From NCBI GenBank assembly GCA_030141605.1, contig JAQGDQ010000026.1:124001-188000 (forward strand): a stretch of 64,000 nucleotides of DNA, read 5' to 3'. Positions 10,268 through 23,300 of this stretch are shown here, one piece after another. How positions within the stretch are numbered: position 1 is the first letter of the stretch; every line of letters starts with the position of its first letter. The DNA comes from Tubiluchus corallicola (Eukaryota; Animalia; Priapulida). The position numbers and the translations under genes are program-made. The notes below the pieces were generated by a model, which was given only the letters and a program-made list of their open reading frames with translations, made no database searches and was not told the origin of the DNA.

Positions 10268-13200
10268 ATGGCGGAGCTGACATCTTGTCCAGGAATGTAC
10301 TGTGGCCATATATTCTTGGGTGACAAATATACTAACTGCACAGTAAGTAAAATCCTTAATTTTGCTAAAATTTATTTAACAAGCTTTATTTAAAAAGATA
10401 AATTTATTTCAGGAAGTATTGTTAATAAGTTTTGACCACTTTGAGATCATTTTTGAGACAGTAGTAGTCTAAAGTTAAATTGTCTGCTGTTTCAGTCACA
10501 CTCTCACGTTCTTATCAAAAATTGCAGTTTGTTATTTTTTGTGTGCTCAGTTACTTGTGAGGCTGTATATAACTATTGCAAAATGTTAGTTTGAATTTTT
10601 ACATTCAAATTGCCCAAAGGAATTGTCCAAAGTTGGCGCTCCAGGTAAGATAATACAATAGTAAGATATAATAATAATAATAAGATGTATACAGGTTCCA
10701 AAAACATTTTGTAGCTAACTTGCTAAGAATAGACAGTGTTTGTTAGTATTCTTCTTGAAGTGTGTGAAGCTGTAGCTGACAGTGAAATAATGTTTTTTTG
10801 GTAATTCCACAGATAACAAACACAGAAGGAAAAATGGGGTTTGTGAGCTGCTGTTCTGTATCTAGTATTTATTTTTTCCAGGCATGTCCTCGGGGATATC
10901 ATGCAAATAGTACATCATATAAATGTGAAAAATGCTTGGATGTGCCTGCATTTTATGACTGGTTATATCTTGGTTTCATGGCTATCCTTTGTCTAATCCT
11001 TCATTTATTTTTTATTGACTTGACATCAAAACGAAGAAGGTAAAGAAATTAAAGGTTATATTTCATTCTATTCCTTAAGTGCAATGTTTTCACATAAATT
11101 TTATAGTTTGGGCTTTTAAATTTCTAAATATCTGCAACTGCAAAATTCAGCATTGATGTGTTTATTTCCGTAAGTAATCTGTTGTTATAACAAACATTTG
11201 TTGGTTATTTTTATGCATAAATGTGATAATAATTTGGACATGACTTCTTTCTGGACAGTAAATGTAAAGCTTTACCAGGTTTGAATATCTTTTTAGTATC
11301 TAAATTTGAACATCTTGCAACAGCTCTCCGAGTAAGAATTGTTTTATGCCATTTCAGCTTTACCCGCAGTGTATTTGCCACACTTATCAGTGCCTGCCTG
11401 GAATGTTCAATTGCTGCTGTACTTACCATTATTTTTGCACAGCCCAGAGGGACGTTTATTGTTAACTCTTGTCATGTGGAACGCTTATCAGATTGGTACA
11501 CGCTTTTCCATAATCCGAAGTTGTGGTACTCTTCAACAAAACACTGCACTGATGGTACCCAGTGTGTCACCACTTGGTACTCGGAAACAATGCACTGTAC
11601 ACATGAAGCAGTGTATCCATTGTGAGTATAAGATAGTTAATAATTTAATTTTGCTTTTGTTGTTAGTATCTTGAAATATTACTTAATGTGTATAAAAACT
11701 TTTAAAAAGAAGTTAATTATGTCAGAGGTTTGTTTGCTCAAAGTTGTAGAAACATGTGTTGCTTAGAGCCTTGATAGCATGATAACATCAGGCTTCTAGG
11801 TGCTATATCATTATATTTAGTGTGTAAGTATGGTAATTTGTCAAATTGATTGTTAACCACTTTACTGCCTGTATGACAAAAATCTCCCGTCATGAAAATG
11901 TCATTTCTACTGGCCTGATTTGATGAGACTCTACCGTCAATCTTATTATACAAATTAATTGACGCCTACGCCAGAAGCAATAATACTTACACATGCTACA
12001 TGCACTTTAGGATTAAAGCTTTTGAAAATAAAAGACGGTTGTGTCCTCTGTTGTCTAAAAAGGTAACACAGACTGCAAAAAAACCTATGGCCAAAAAACA
12101 TGCAAATTTGCAGAAAATATTGCTGTTATTGCTAAACACTAGTGTCTGCCTATGCTGTGAATCTGCCTTCTGTTTTTATGCTTTTTATCGATTTTTGTCT
12201 ACTCAAACTGTAGAACAAGATTTGCCAGATTTGGCATCGAGTTATCAAGCAATGGTATGTGAAGCCAATTCATGTATGTAATTGGATATGGCTGATTCAA
12301 CATTGTATGATTGATAAACTATGTACATACAAGCTAAAAAGGATAATTATATGCCTATCTATGCCTTTATTTCTTCTACGCTAGAATGGCTTTTTGGTCA
12401 AATAACAATTTGATTGTGGGTCGCTGCACTTATATTTTTTACAAAAAAGCAGTAGTTTGTGACAGCAGTGGCATCAGTTGTGTGCGTGTTGGAGGGGCAG
12501 CAACTTTCTGAACGTAAGATATTAATTTTCAAATTTTAATTTTTCTTTTTTAGATATACAATTGTATTTGCCTATTATGCAACATGTTTATTGTTGATGC
12601 TTATCATACGACCAATTGTAATTCGCTGTACGGGAAACACACAATATGGATCTAAGGCCATTTATGCGGGATTGTACTTTATACCTGTCCTCATGGTGAT
12701 TCATGCAACTTTGTGTGGACTTTTGTGTAAGTGTTTTCATTTACTTTATAAGCTTGCCATTCATGTTCTCCCAGCTACTTTTTGAGCTGTTCACTCGGGT
12801 ACTTTTATGTCTAATGATAAAAATATTTCATTCTGATCATAACATGTTGTTATGTGGCAGTTTGAGATGAATGTTAATATACGTTCCCTCTGGCAGATTT
12901 TCAATAAAGCCCTAAATCTTGTCACTTCCATTATGTGCAACCATTCATATATTTGCTTATAACTGTATTCTTTTTTTACAACTTTTACAACTACGTTTTA
13001 TTTTGCAACTCCTTGTTTTCGGTAGCTTATTGCTTTCTTTGGTAGCTTTCTAGCAGTATATCTTGATCAAGTTTTTCAGTTCATACATTATACAAATACT
13101 GAGATCAGTTGAGTCTGCTCGTCATGTTATATAATAATTTATCCACTAGTTTGTGTCTTTTCTACTGTTAATATTTGACAGTTGCCACTGCATAACATAA

Positions 13201-14091
13201 TTGTTTTGTTGCAGACTTTTCTTTTCCATACTTGATCATTGTAGTTTCACTTTGGTCAAATGCATCTCACTTTGCTACACAGATCAATCAGGTAAATATT
13301 TAGTTAGAATTCTAATAAAAATAGATGATAACAGATGGAAATCTGTAGCTAGTTAAAATGGCTGAGTAATATTCTAAACAAACTAAAATTGTCTTACACA
13401 CAACAATTGTGAATTCCAATAGAAACCTACCAAATTCTCAAAAAGAAAGTAAAAATGTTTAATAGTGCCAAAATCTATACGTGGAACAGATGTAAAAAAC
13501 ATTTTAAATTTCATGTCAGTAGTCTTGTGTTAACTTGTCAAAACTCTGCTTCCACAAGTTGTGTAAAATCAGATGGGAAGAATATGTATTGATTAGAGTG
13601 GAAGTTAAAAATTGCTACTACATTTTCTGGGCATGTGAGTTTTCGCGTTTTGGAAGTGCGAGCAAGAAGAAGCAAAAATCTTTAGTAATAGGCAGTAAGT
13701 GTTGCGTGTTTTAGCAAATGTTTGGTGTTTGTCCAGCTGCACTTGTGTCAGCTCTTCTTGCGTGTCTGTGGGCTGTCAATGGCAAAATTTTTAATTGTTT
13801 GACTCTTCCATAATGCAAATACTGTTTTATCTTATGGTTTTTCACATCTCTTTACAGTCAGTCAAGTTATTGTTTCTCTCCTGCATCAAGAACAAGCGGA
13901 ACATTGCCATTATTGTTGGACACTGGTTACTTCACGCATATGCCATAATCGCTTTGACACAGTTAAAAAAGCCAGCGATTAATGCTTCGTTATTAGCACT
14001 AGTACCTCTGCCAGCCATATTTTATGTTTTAACTGCACCATTTTCTGATCCTGGAAAACTTATGTTGACTCCAGCTGACTTTCGCAGATGA
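10268..14091 (+). CDS. JKAMP: JNK1/MAPK8-associated membrane protein (JAMP), 326 aa, 6 coding exons
   Basis: Exons 10268-10342, 10882-11039, 11358-11621, 12554-12726, 13215-13291 and 13858-14091 are all GT-AG and in phase (981 nt). Family motifs: CPGMYCG, CPRG, YDWLYLGFMA, LSDWYTLFHNP, HCTHEAVYPLYTIVF, IYAGLYFIP, FPYLII, HWLLHAYAI, LALVPLPAIFY. Confidence 0.95.
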
Positions 14092-17000
14092 CGGTATTGA
14101 AATGGTCTTCATGACCACAAGCACATTTCAGTAATTCTTTAGTTGTGTGTACTAAGTTTTTTGCTGCATACTCTAAAGACTGCAAGTTACTGAAAACTTA
14201 AATTAATAAGAGAAGCTATGACTTATCTCATTTACCCTATGTACACTCTGTTATTGTTAACTTGTATGCTTCATTTTATCTCGTACATAAACCTGTAAAA
14301 ACATGTGGCAATTTCTAATGTTTGCACTGGTTAAAGTTTGTAGATCCAGATAATTCTGTGAGACATTGCAGGAGTGTTGTGGAGTTTGGGAACTAATTCC
14401 GTCTCACATTCGAGTATGCAGGGTTGCTGTTTATACGTTACTTCTCAGAATGCATAATTTCAGGCATCATGTTGTACAAGAAAAGACCATACGATAACAT
14501 AGGTACGAAAGTTTGAAAAAATTGTGCTCTGAAAACGTCTAAAATATTACTGCTAATCACTAGGAAGTAAACAAACTTTGATTTCATTTTAGTCCAAAGT
14601 ATGTTGGTTGCAACTAGTAGTCACAGCTTTCTGAAGTGGAAATTTGCAAAATTTAACTTTGTTTTGAAAAATTTTATTTTATATTTACACTGTCTTGTTA
14701 ATGCCACTCTGGTATTATGCATGGTTACTTATTAAGTGCATAACTAGACAGTAATAATAATTTGCTGCAAATGTGTAGATAATATTGGATTTTCCACAAA
14801 AAAAGAATATTTTTGCGGAAAATATAATTATTAGTCTTTAATACAATAATCAGCATCATACAAAACAGCAACCCTGGCCCTGTGGCTTCTTGATTGCTTT
14901 GATTTGTCATCTTGTAACGACGATTTTATTATTCAGTGTATCTGTATTCTAGGATGAATCATAAGTTTGCCCTTCTTTTAAGAAACCAAGCTAAACAACA
15001 ATGTAGAGACTGTAAAGTTGTTTATATATGATGTCACATGTATAATGATTTTTTAGTTGCTAGTTTTTACATTTATCATGGCACTGTATTACACTTTTGT
15101 ACAAGATATATAAAAACATAAATAGCTGCCGTTTTTTCTGGGATCAGACTGCATTTCGACATACAATAAAATCATAACTCATGATTAGTATTGTTTGAAA
15201 CATTTTGTAAATAAACTAATTTACTTTAATTCCCCGAGCATTGTTAAAGATTTTGGTTTTCTTTATAGTAAATAAAACCAGATAATAAAGAAAATTAATT
15301 TCAGTTTTAATTGACAACTTTACACTTCACATTTACATAAGTGTGTCTTAATTCTATCATAGCAGTTGGTTATAGGGGCTGATGCCTACAGGTAATTCGT
15401 GAACGATTACACAAATGATTGCTATATTGTTACTACTATAATGTGCACATGGGAAAGGTAAAAAGTTTCACATATGTAAACAGTTTCATTAACAACAGAG
15501 TGAAAATCATAACCAGCACACAAGAGTCACCAAGTCATCATAGGGATGGTACAGTAAAATTAATGCTACACTAGCTCCAATCAGCTAAAAAGCAAATTCA
15601 ATAAATGGTGACACCCATGTTCAAACAATGCTAGTAATTAGTAAAAATGCACAGCATCATGACACACCTACAGACATGAAAGGTGAAGCTGGTGAATCTT
15701 TAAATCACGGTACAGATATTAGTTACACAAAAATTAAACTGACACTTAAGTGGCTAATAACTAGTGACCTAATGCCTTGACATGTATGTTAACAAAAGGC
15801 ATATATAACATCCCAACATGTGGTTTAAATTGGTCAAGGGATTGATTGTCTAGCCAATAACTAGTTCTTTTACACACAATCACACATACAAGTGTTATTT
15901 GCCTTGCCGAATGTGAAATGTTATTTTAGTATGTTATGAAAATATTATTCAGCTATAAGTTGCTCAAAGTATATTCACCATGGCAATAGTAGTAGTTATA
16001 AAACAATTTCGAAACAAAAGAAGCTATTTTCAAAAAAGTTAATAGGATTTCAGATTTGCTTTCAAAATACAAATTACTAAGAGACTGTCAGACAGCGATT
16101 TTAATCTCTTTCACCATTCATAAAAATGCTAAATTAACAGATTATCAATACAAGAATTCAATATTTCTAGCACCTAATGATTAATTTCTAATAGCCTTTT
16201 AATTTGTGGGTTTAGTGGAAAACATGTTACCGGTATTAAGCCATTTATACTTTCACAAAGAAAAAGAGTATTTTTAATCAAGGGACAGAAAAATTGTTCT
16301 ATAATGTAAAACACCTCAAAAATGTTTTAAAATTTCTGGCAGTGATTTTATTCACACAGAATAACTCCTGTTGTCCATTTGTGTGTTAATGCAGTAAATG
16401 ACATGAGTTGACTTACAAATGACTTCGTTCAGGTAATGCAAGAGAGAAATTTGAATGTGAAGCTCAGAGCACAAAATTTTTGATCTCATGCAACTGACAG
16501 TGTTTCACTATTGCACAATAAAGCAGTGGACATTTTAGCACAAACGTATAATTAAGCTCTTAATGTGTTAGGAAAAACTCGGGTAATTTGTAATCAACAA
16601 TTTGACTTATCATGTTCATTTAACACTTCCAAAATTGTGATACAAAAAGGAAATTTTTTTGTTTTTCTAGACACTAGCTGCAATTTTATTTCGGAAATTA
16701 ACCGCTAAGCCATTTGTATCCAGTTAAAAGGTAAAATGTAGCAACATTGTATTTACATAATCATTAATATTAACAAATTTAATCATTAACAAAAAATTTA
16801 TAACCTAAAAACAACAATGTAGAATAAAAATAAAACATGCATCACAGTAAAACTAACAGGCCAAGCTAAATTAATTTTTAAATATTAATCAGCAGTCAGG
16901 AACTAAATGTACAATTATATGCTTCACCTTTATTAATCTAAAATGCCCTTGTCTACCATACCTACCACTACAGACAGAAAGAAAACCATTTTTAATAATA

Positions 17001-17841
17001 TGTTTGTTATAAATAAGGAAAGGTAATTTACAAGCACAGACCGTCTTTGAATAATAAATAGGCTACTATCACTAAAATCCACCAAATAGAACTACATGTT
17101 CACATAAACGCTGCTCTCATAAGGTAGAGAATACAGCTGTGTAAGTACACTAAGCAACCTGCTAACTGCCACTACTTTTCTGTTTTTATTAGTATAATTG
17201 AGATTTCAGCACACACAGTAATGATTTGTGTGCTTGCATATTATCGTAATTTATAAAATTCACATGATCAACTAAAACATGATCGTTTGCGATAAAATGT
17301 TAGTTTTGCACACACACATACACAAGATTGCAATCACACGAAATGTTGTAAATAAGATTTGACTAGTTATTAATCACACCAACATTCAGAAAAGTAAACA
17401 TCTGCAAAAAAGTAGAAATACTGAAAGGTACTTCCTGACGTGAGCTTTGATCCTTGAATAAGAAAATTACAAAGCTAAGTCCTACAAAATGGAATTGATC
17501 AAGCTGCACTTTGACATACTGTTATCATACAATATCATGTTTTCACACAGACTTCTCTGGAAAACTATTAAATCTTGGTGGATGGACCCCATTGTCTCAC
17601 TGAACCACTCAAATCTTTTTGTGAGCAGAAGTCGGGATGATATTTGAATGATTTCAACATTGACTGATGGAACTCATGAAAGTATGAAGTCATAAATAAA
17701 AACAGCAGCAGTACACAGTTCATTTCTGTGGCACTCATAAGCTTATGGGACCTATAATAACATGTTGAGTCCAAACTTGTTTTAGAAAATTTTAATAACA
17801 TTGTAAAATTGATTACCATAATATGTTAGAGGTGTGGTAGG

Positions 17842-20270
17842 TTACATTATTCGAACTCGATGACAAATTGACTGATGACCGGGGGAACAGATCTGCTGAT
17901 ATAAAGGAACTCTAAAAAAAGAACCCACATTTCCAAAAACAACACCAGATTGGAAGTAGTCAAAGAATGGTCCCAGACACGAAGAGCACAATCTTTTCTG
18001 CTGAAGCATAACTGAAACACAAATAAAATATTTACATGACACTACACAGTGACTTGTTAATATAATCACACCATGTAATAATTTAGTGATAATATAAACA
18101 TCTACCATGAACATTGTTATACTTCTGTTTTTGTGTTTCTCAAGCAAACATTGCAAAGCTATTGCAGGCATCACTTTCAGGCAGTGCAGCCACGGGATGA
18201 CAAACGATACGCATTTGGCAATAAGATAAGATACAATACTTTTTTCTAGCAATTGAGGTAACAATAATCTGTTTTTCAGATGACATGATACAGTACGATA
18301 ATTATGCTTGAAACGATAATTACGATACTGAATGTGTGGTTAGTTATTGTGCAAGGAATCTCAGCACATTTCAACACTTTATGTTTTCAGCTGTTTCCCA
18401 ATTAGTGTATAGACATGTGTAATTTCTGACAAAGTTCATTTCTTTGCTTAGTCAAAAAATAATATAAATATGTGAGCTGTGACAGATAAATAAATTCTGA
18501 GATATGCAGTAGGTGCCATTTATTAGACTCACGGTTTAATGGACTCAGTCGCTTAATTGACTAAAAAACACTGGAACGGGCCACTCTTATTCAAATGTAT
18601 ATAAAAACTGTCGGTAACTGACTCAAATAACGCCGCATAATTCACACACTTAAAATAAAATACTTCTGTGTGCCCAGAGCTTTACAGTCACGTTAAGTAC
18701 AGCTTTGTTTGTAAACAGGTAAAGTACATTTATTGTATGTGCTAATATGTTATTGTTAGCATAGTGGTTTTGCTTTGAATCTGTCATCGGCTAATTGGCT
18801 GCAATTAACCTCATGTTGTAGTCGTTGTTTCTGGAAGCTAAACATTTAATCACTTGCCCAACGGTTTGCTTTTGAAGTTCCTGCTGCTTTTTACAAGGTC
18901 ATCACCAACAGCAGCTTAAGCACTAGGTGACTAGGCATTTTGCGTGAATATGTACAGCCTACAGTAATAGATTTTCAATGTTTTTATCACTATGAGAATT
19001 TCATAAACCAACTTGTTCATCAAGAAATGAAGCAACTGACCTTGCATGAATTTTTGTAATTTTAATGGTAAATTTTTGTTTTTCTTTGTTAATTCACTTA
19101 TATAAATTATGCTTCCTAAATAATTGTACATAGGTAAGTTTTCATTAATTCGTTTCTAAGATTCATTTAAAGCCTTTTCAATGCATACTAAGGTGATGAG
19201 TGATGACTCATACTTGTTTAGTAATAATAATATACAAAACCTTTCAGCTAATTGGATCAAAACACTTCTGCCCCAAAGTCAGTCTATTAACCGGCGCCTA
19301 TTGTATTACAGTATATCCAGTTCGTATATTTAACTGGCAAAATGCCTGTAAAAATGCTACACTTGGCATTCGTGTGTCGACTGAAGATGGCTGCTATCGC
19401 AGGAAGAAGCAACAAGAAGATTATTCTAACAATCTTATAAATATTCTTTTTTCAATTTTTCTAGCATAATTCTAGTGCCCAAATGAAAAAGCAAAGTGAA
19501 ACGATTTTATAATGGGGTGCGATACGCACTAAATTTGATAAAATAACAATATTGCTAGAATAATATCGATATGAAAACAAAAAAACTAATTTTCCGTATC
19601 GATATGATAATCGATAATTAGATGCTTGGTTATCGTTAACGTTGTTATCGTTAACATCCCTAGTTCAGCCTACAGTAAGTTTAACAGATGAGCCTGATGA
19701 GGACATGCAAGTAGTTTGATATGACATACTGTGTAACCATGTAGAACCATCTGTAGAAAGCAAACATTGTAAACGAGGGCCGCTAAAAACATGTTGAACG
19801 TGTGTACTATGTACAAGATACGTGAAAGAAACCCCCTTAAAAAGTGTTGGAGTAAAACGTGGCATTCAGGTGCATAAAAAGTTACACAATCTGCAACAAC
19901 AGTTCTAAACAAGTTAAAGTGACTTCTAAACAAAGCATTTTGAACAGTAAGCCTCAATTGCAGGCTAGCAGCTAGCTGCTGTGACACAATTAATTGCTGA
20001 TAAAATTGTTTATTATACAATTCAGCACCAGTAATACAAGCCAGAATTCAGCACTAAGAGAGACCCTACTGATGCTGATGATTGTTGTAGAACTGATTTA
20101 TACCAAAGTAGTTTTCCTGGTGCGTCATGCACCAATTTAGTATTCTGGCCTGGTACAGCATAGTGTAGATATGTGGGAAATGCCAAAAAGTCAAGTTTTA
20201 TCACACACGCACGCATGCACGCACACACACACACACCCACACACGCACACATGCACGCACGCACACACAC

Positions 20271-20307
<37 letters not shown>

Positions 20308-23300
20308 TGTTTGCTTAACAATAAAAAACATTTTCTTTTTAAATAAACTATTCAAATAAATGCTAAGTCTAAAAATTGTTTATCTACATTAAATTCAGCA
20401 TACAAAATGGCAGGCCACTGAAGAAATACTAACAAAAGTATAGTGTAGATGAAAATATTGTTAACAGCAGCAATTAAATAACGGACAAAACATGTTCAAT
20501 TCATTTTCATAATTACACTATAAATCAGGTGTTTAGTGAAAACAGAATCACAACAACAAACAACCAGAAAAAGGCACAAAAATTCCATTGGTCGATTAGA
20601 ATCGAGTGTGACCATAAGTAGGAGACTAGGTATATTTGAAATGAAACTTCAAGGTCATCTTACAACTGAAGAATCTAATACCATAAGGCTATGGTTTCCA
20701 ATTATCCCTGTACTGTGTAAGGTATTTTGAATGCAGTTAATACATAAAAATTTTGTGTATTTTCTTCAAATATAGGCCTTAAGGGGCACAAGAATTCAGA
20801 ATTCAGCTGGACAAAAAATTAAAATCTGTGAGTCTAATGAGTTGCAACCATTGTCGTTGTGCATCACTTCCACTACGCCAAGGCATTAAACAAAATAATT
20901 GGCTAATAAAAAACTTAAAAATAGTTAGATATATACCTTGTAATTGCCTTGGCAACTGTTCATTTGACCATGTAATGTTCTCGATGATTACAGCTCTAGC
21001 AGAAATTTCTTTAAGTGACATAACACTACATGGTGGTTGCTGACAGAGCGCTTGTATTTTTTCTTCTTCTCCTTCTTCTATTAAAGGATTCTGCATAGCT
21101 GTAATATATAACTATAATATTAAACAGTTTTGATATAAATGCAACAATTATAAGGTATGCAAATATGGGAAATTGATAAATATTTAATCTTTTGATGTGA
21201 TTTGCACAAAACAAACACTGTGCATTAGTTTAGAACTCATTTCTGAGTTTAGTCACTGAGATTGTCCAAAATAAAGCTGAATCATGATAATAAGAGATTT
21301 TCTGTATGTAAAACAGTTTGTGTTGAAATGTTGAAATTGCAGCAAGTTCTTAGCTTCAATGTATTAATTCCATATAAAAAAGCAAAAAAATTATACACAA
21401 AGAAAATTAAAGTAACAAAAAAGTCAAACAAAATAGATGTCTGCCATCAGTTTTTTCTTGCTGTTTTATTTTTCAAATCAAAATTTTGTTTGTGGAAACC
21501 GCAACTAGCAAATTGAAATTCTGGTAAAAACAAGAAAGTAAACAAAAAAAAACTTTTTAAAGAAATTTGAACAGCACAGTGGTTGCAGTACTTCATAACC
21601 AAAGCAGCTGCGGCATTGTTGTAACGATAATAAAACAATTTTCACTTGAAAAAAGTCTTTACCTGTGAAGGTGTAAAGGTGGAGATACTTAAGAGAAGCA
21701 GGAAAATGCTGAAGACAGTTATTTCTAACATGTAACTCTTTCAACTTATGTAATCGACCCATGAGTGCAGGTAATCTTGTTAACCTGTTCGTAAAAATAA
21801 AAATATACAATTATGTGACTAAGTAGTAGTATTAATGCACTGCAAGTTAAAAATGTTTTGATGCAGTCTAAAAATGTAAGTTACCCAAACAATTTTATAG
21901 TGCCAAACTTCGATGAGAATGCTGCTCACAAGTATAATTGGCAGGTAAGCTTATACAGTTAAAGATTCATAACATTTCCCTCTATAAATTTTTGATTGGA
22001 TATTTACACTTTCAAGTAACCTATATTTTAAAAGCAACGAGCAAAGAAACTTTCGAAATAACCTTGCACATTGTAGCACACACAGTTCAAAAAACTAAGT
22101 CAAAGAGCATCTCAAAAGACGGAAATAAAACGTGAATGAAAGTCATAAAATAGAGTAGTTTTTAAAGCATTGATATAATTAAAAAATTGATCAAAAACAC
22201 TTTAATGACTAGTGTGGTTTAATAAAAGTGCAAAGTGTAAATTCAAAAGTGCAGAATGTGATGATATATGTTTTTATCAGTTTGCTGTCATTCTCTACTT
22301 TTTAGGTTTAGACTTCCTAGTCTGGGAAGTGGGAGGGAAGGTGCATCCAGATTTTGAACAACTGCAACCTATGGTGTTATAAAGGCAAGGCTGGTTTGCC
22401 CAGCAAAATGTTAAATAATATTAGATGATGGTTGCCAGCTTTTTGCTGATGACAATGGACCTTCCTTTCCTCACAAGAGATCCAGGATGGTGTGTATTAG
22501 TTCAGAATCAGTGCGGTGAATCAGAGTGACCTGTTACATACTGCTACTATAAAATTAACAAAAACATTTGATGCTATTTCTGGGGGTGGGGCTGATTCAG
22601 GATTCAAACAATTAGCCATCCCTTCCACTTCCCAGACTTGGAAGGTCAGCAGAATGTAAAAAGTGGACAGCAGCAATAAACTAATAAAAATATAAGCCAT
22701 CACATTTTGCTTTTTTGAATTGATGTTTTGCACTTTTGAACTCACATTTTGCACTTTTGCATTCACACTTTGCACTTTTGAATTCATATTTTGCACTTTT
22801 GAATTCACATTTCGAAATTTTGAATTCACATTTTGCGCATTTGAATTCACATTGTGCACTTTTGAATTCGCATTTTGCATTTTTGAATTCACATTTTGCA
22901 CTTTTGAATTCACATTTTGCACATTTGAATTCACATTTTGCACATTTGAATTCACATTTTGCAACTTTTGAATTCACATTTTGCACATTTGAATTCAGAT
23001 TGTGCACTTTTGAATTCGCATTTTGCATTTTTGAATTCACATTGTGCACTTTTGAATTCACATTTTGCACTTTTGAATTCACATGTTGCGCCTTTGAAGT
23101 AGAAATTGTGTAAAAATCATAAATCCAAAACCTTTCTAGATCCTAGCCAACCTTTACCACAGTTTCATTATTTTGTTATTGTAATAAAATAAGTAGAAAA
23201 TCCATCACACAGGCCTATTTCTATTTTAAATTATATACCCCTATATCTGAAGATCTGCTGTAATAACTTAACCTATTATGAAATATAATTTAGAGCTGTA

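Noticed and set aside
11622-11625. TGA after HEAVYPL as a possible selenocysteine or readthrough codon
   Set aside because: It lies within the GTGAG splice donor; the frame continues normally at 12554.
22700-23098. CRISPR-like array
   Set aside because: The units are head-to-tail with no unique spacers, the context is eukaryotic, and there are no cas genes.
22521-23113. Four overlapping heptad-repeat ORFs (VQNVNSK, AKCEFKS, FCTFEFT, FALLNSH) resembling coiled-coil or antifreeze proteins
   Set aside because: They are by-products of a stop-free 21-bp minisatellite, open on both strands, inside an intron and part of an inverted-repeat element.
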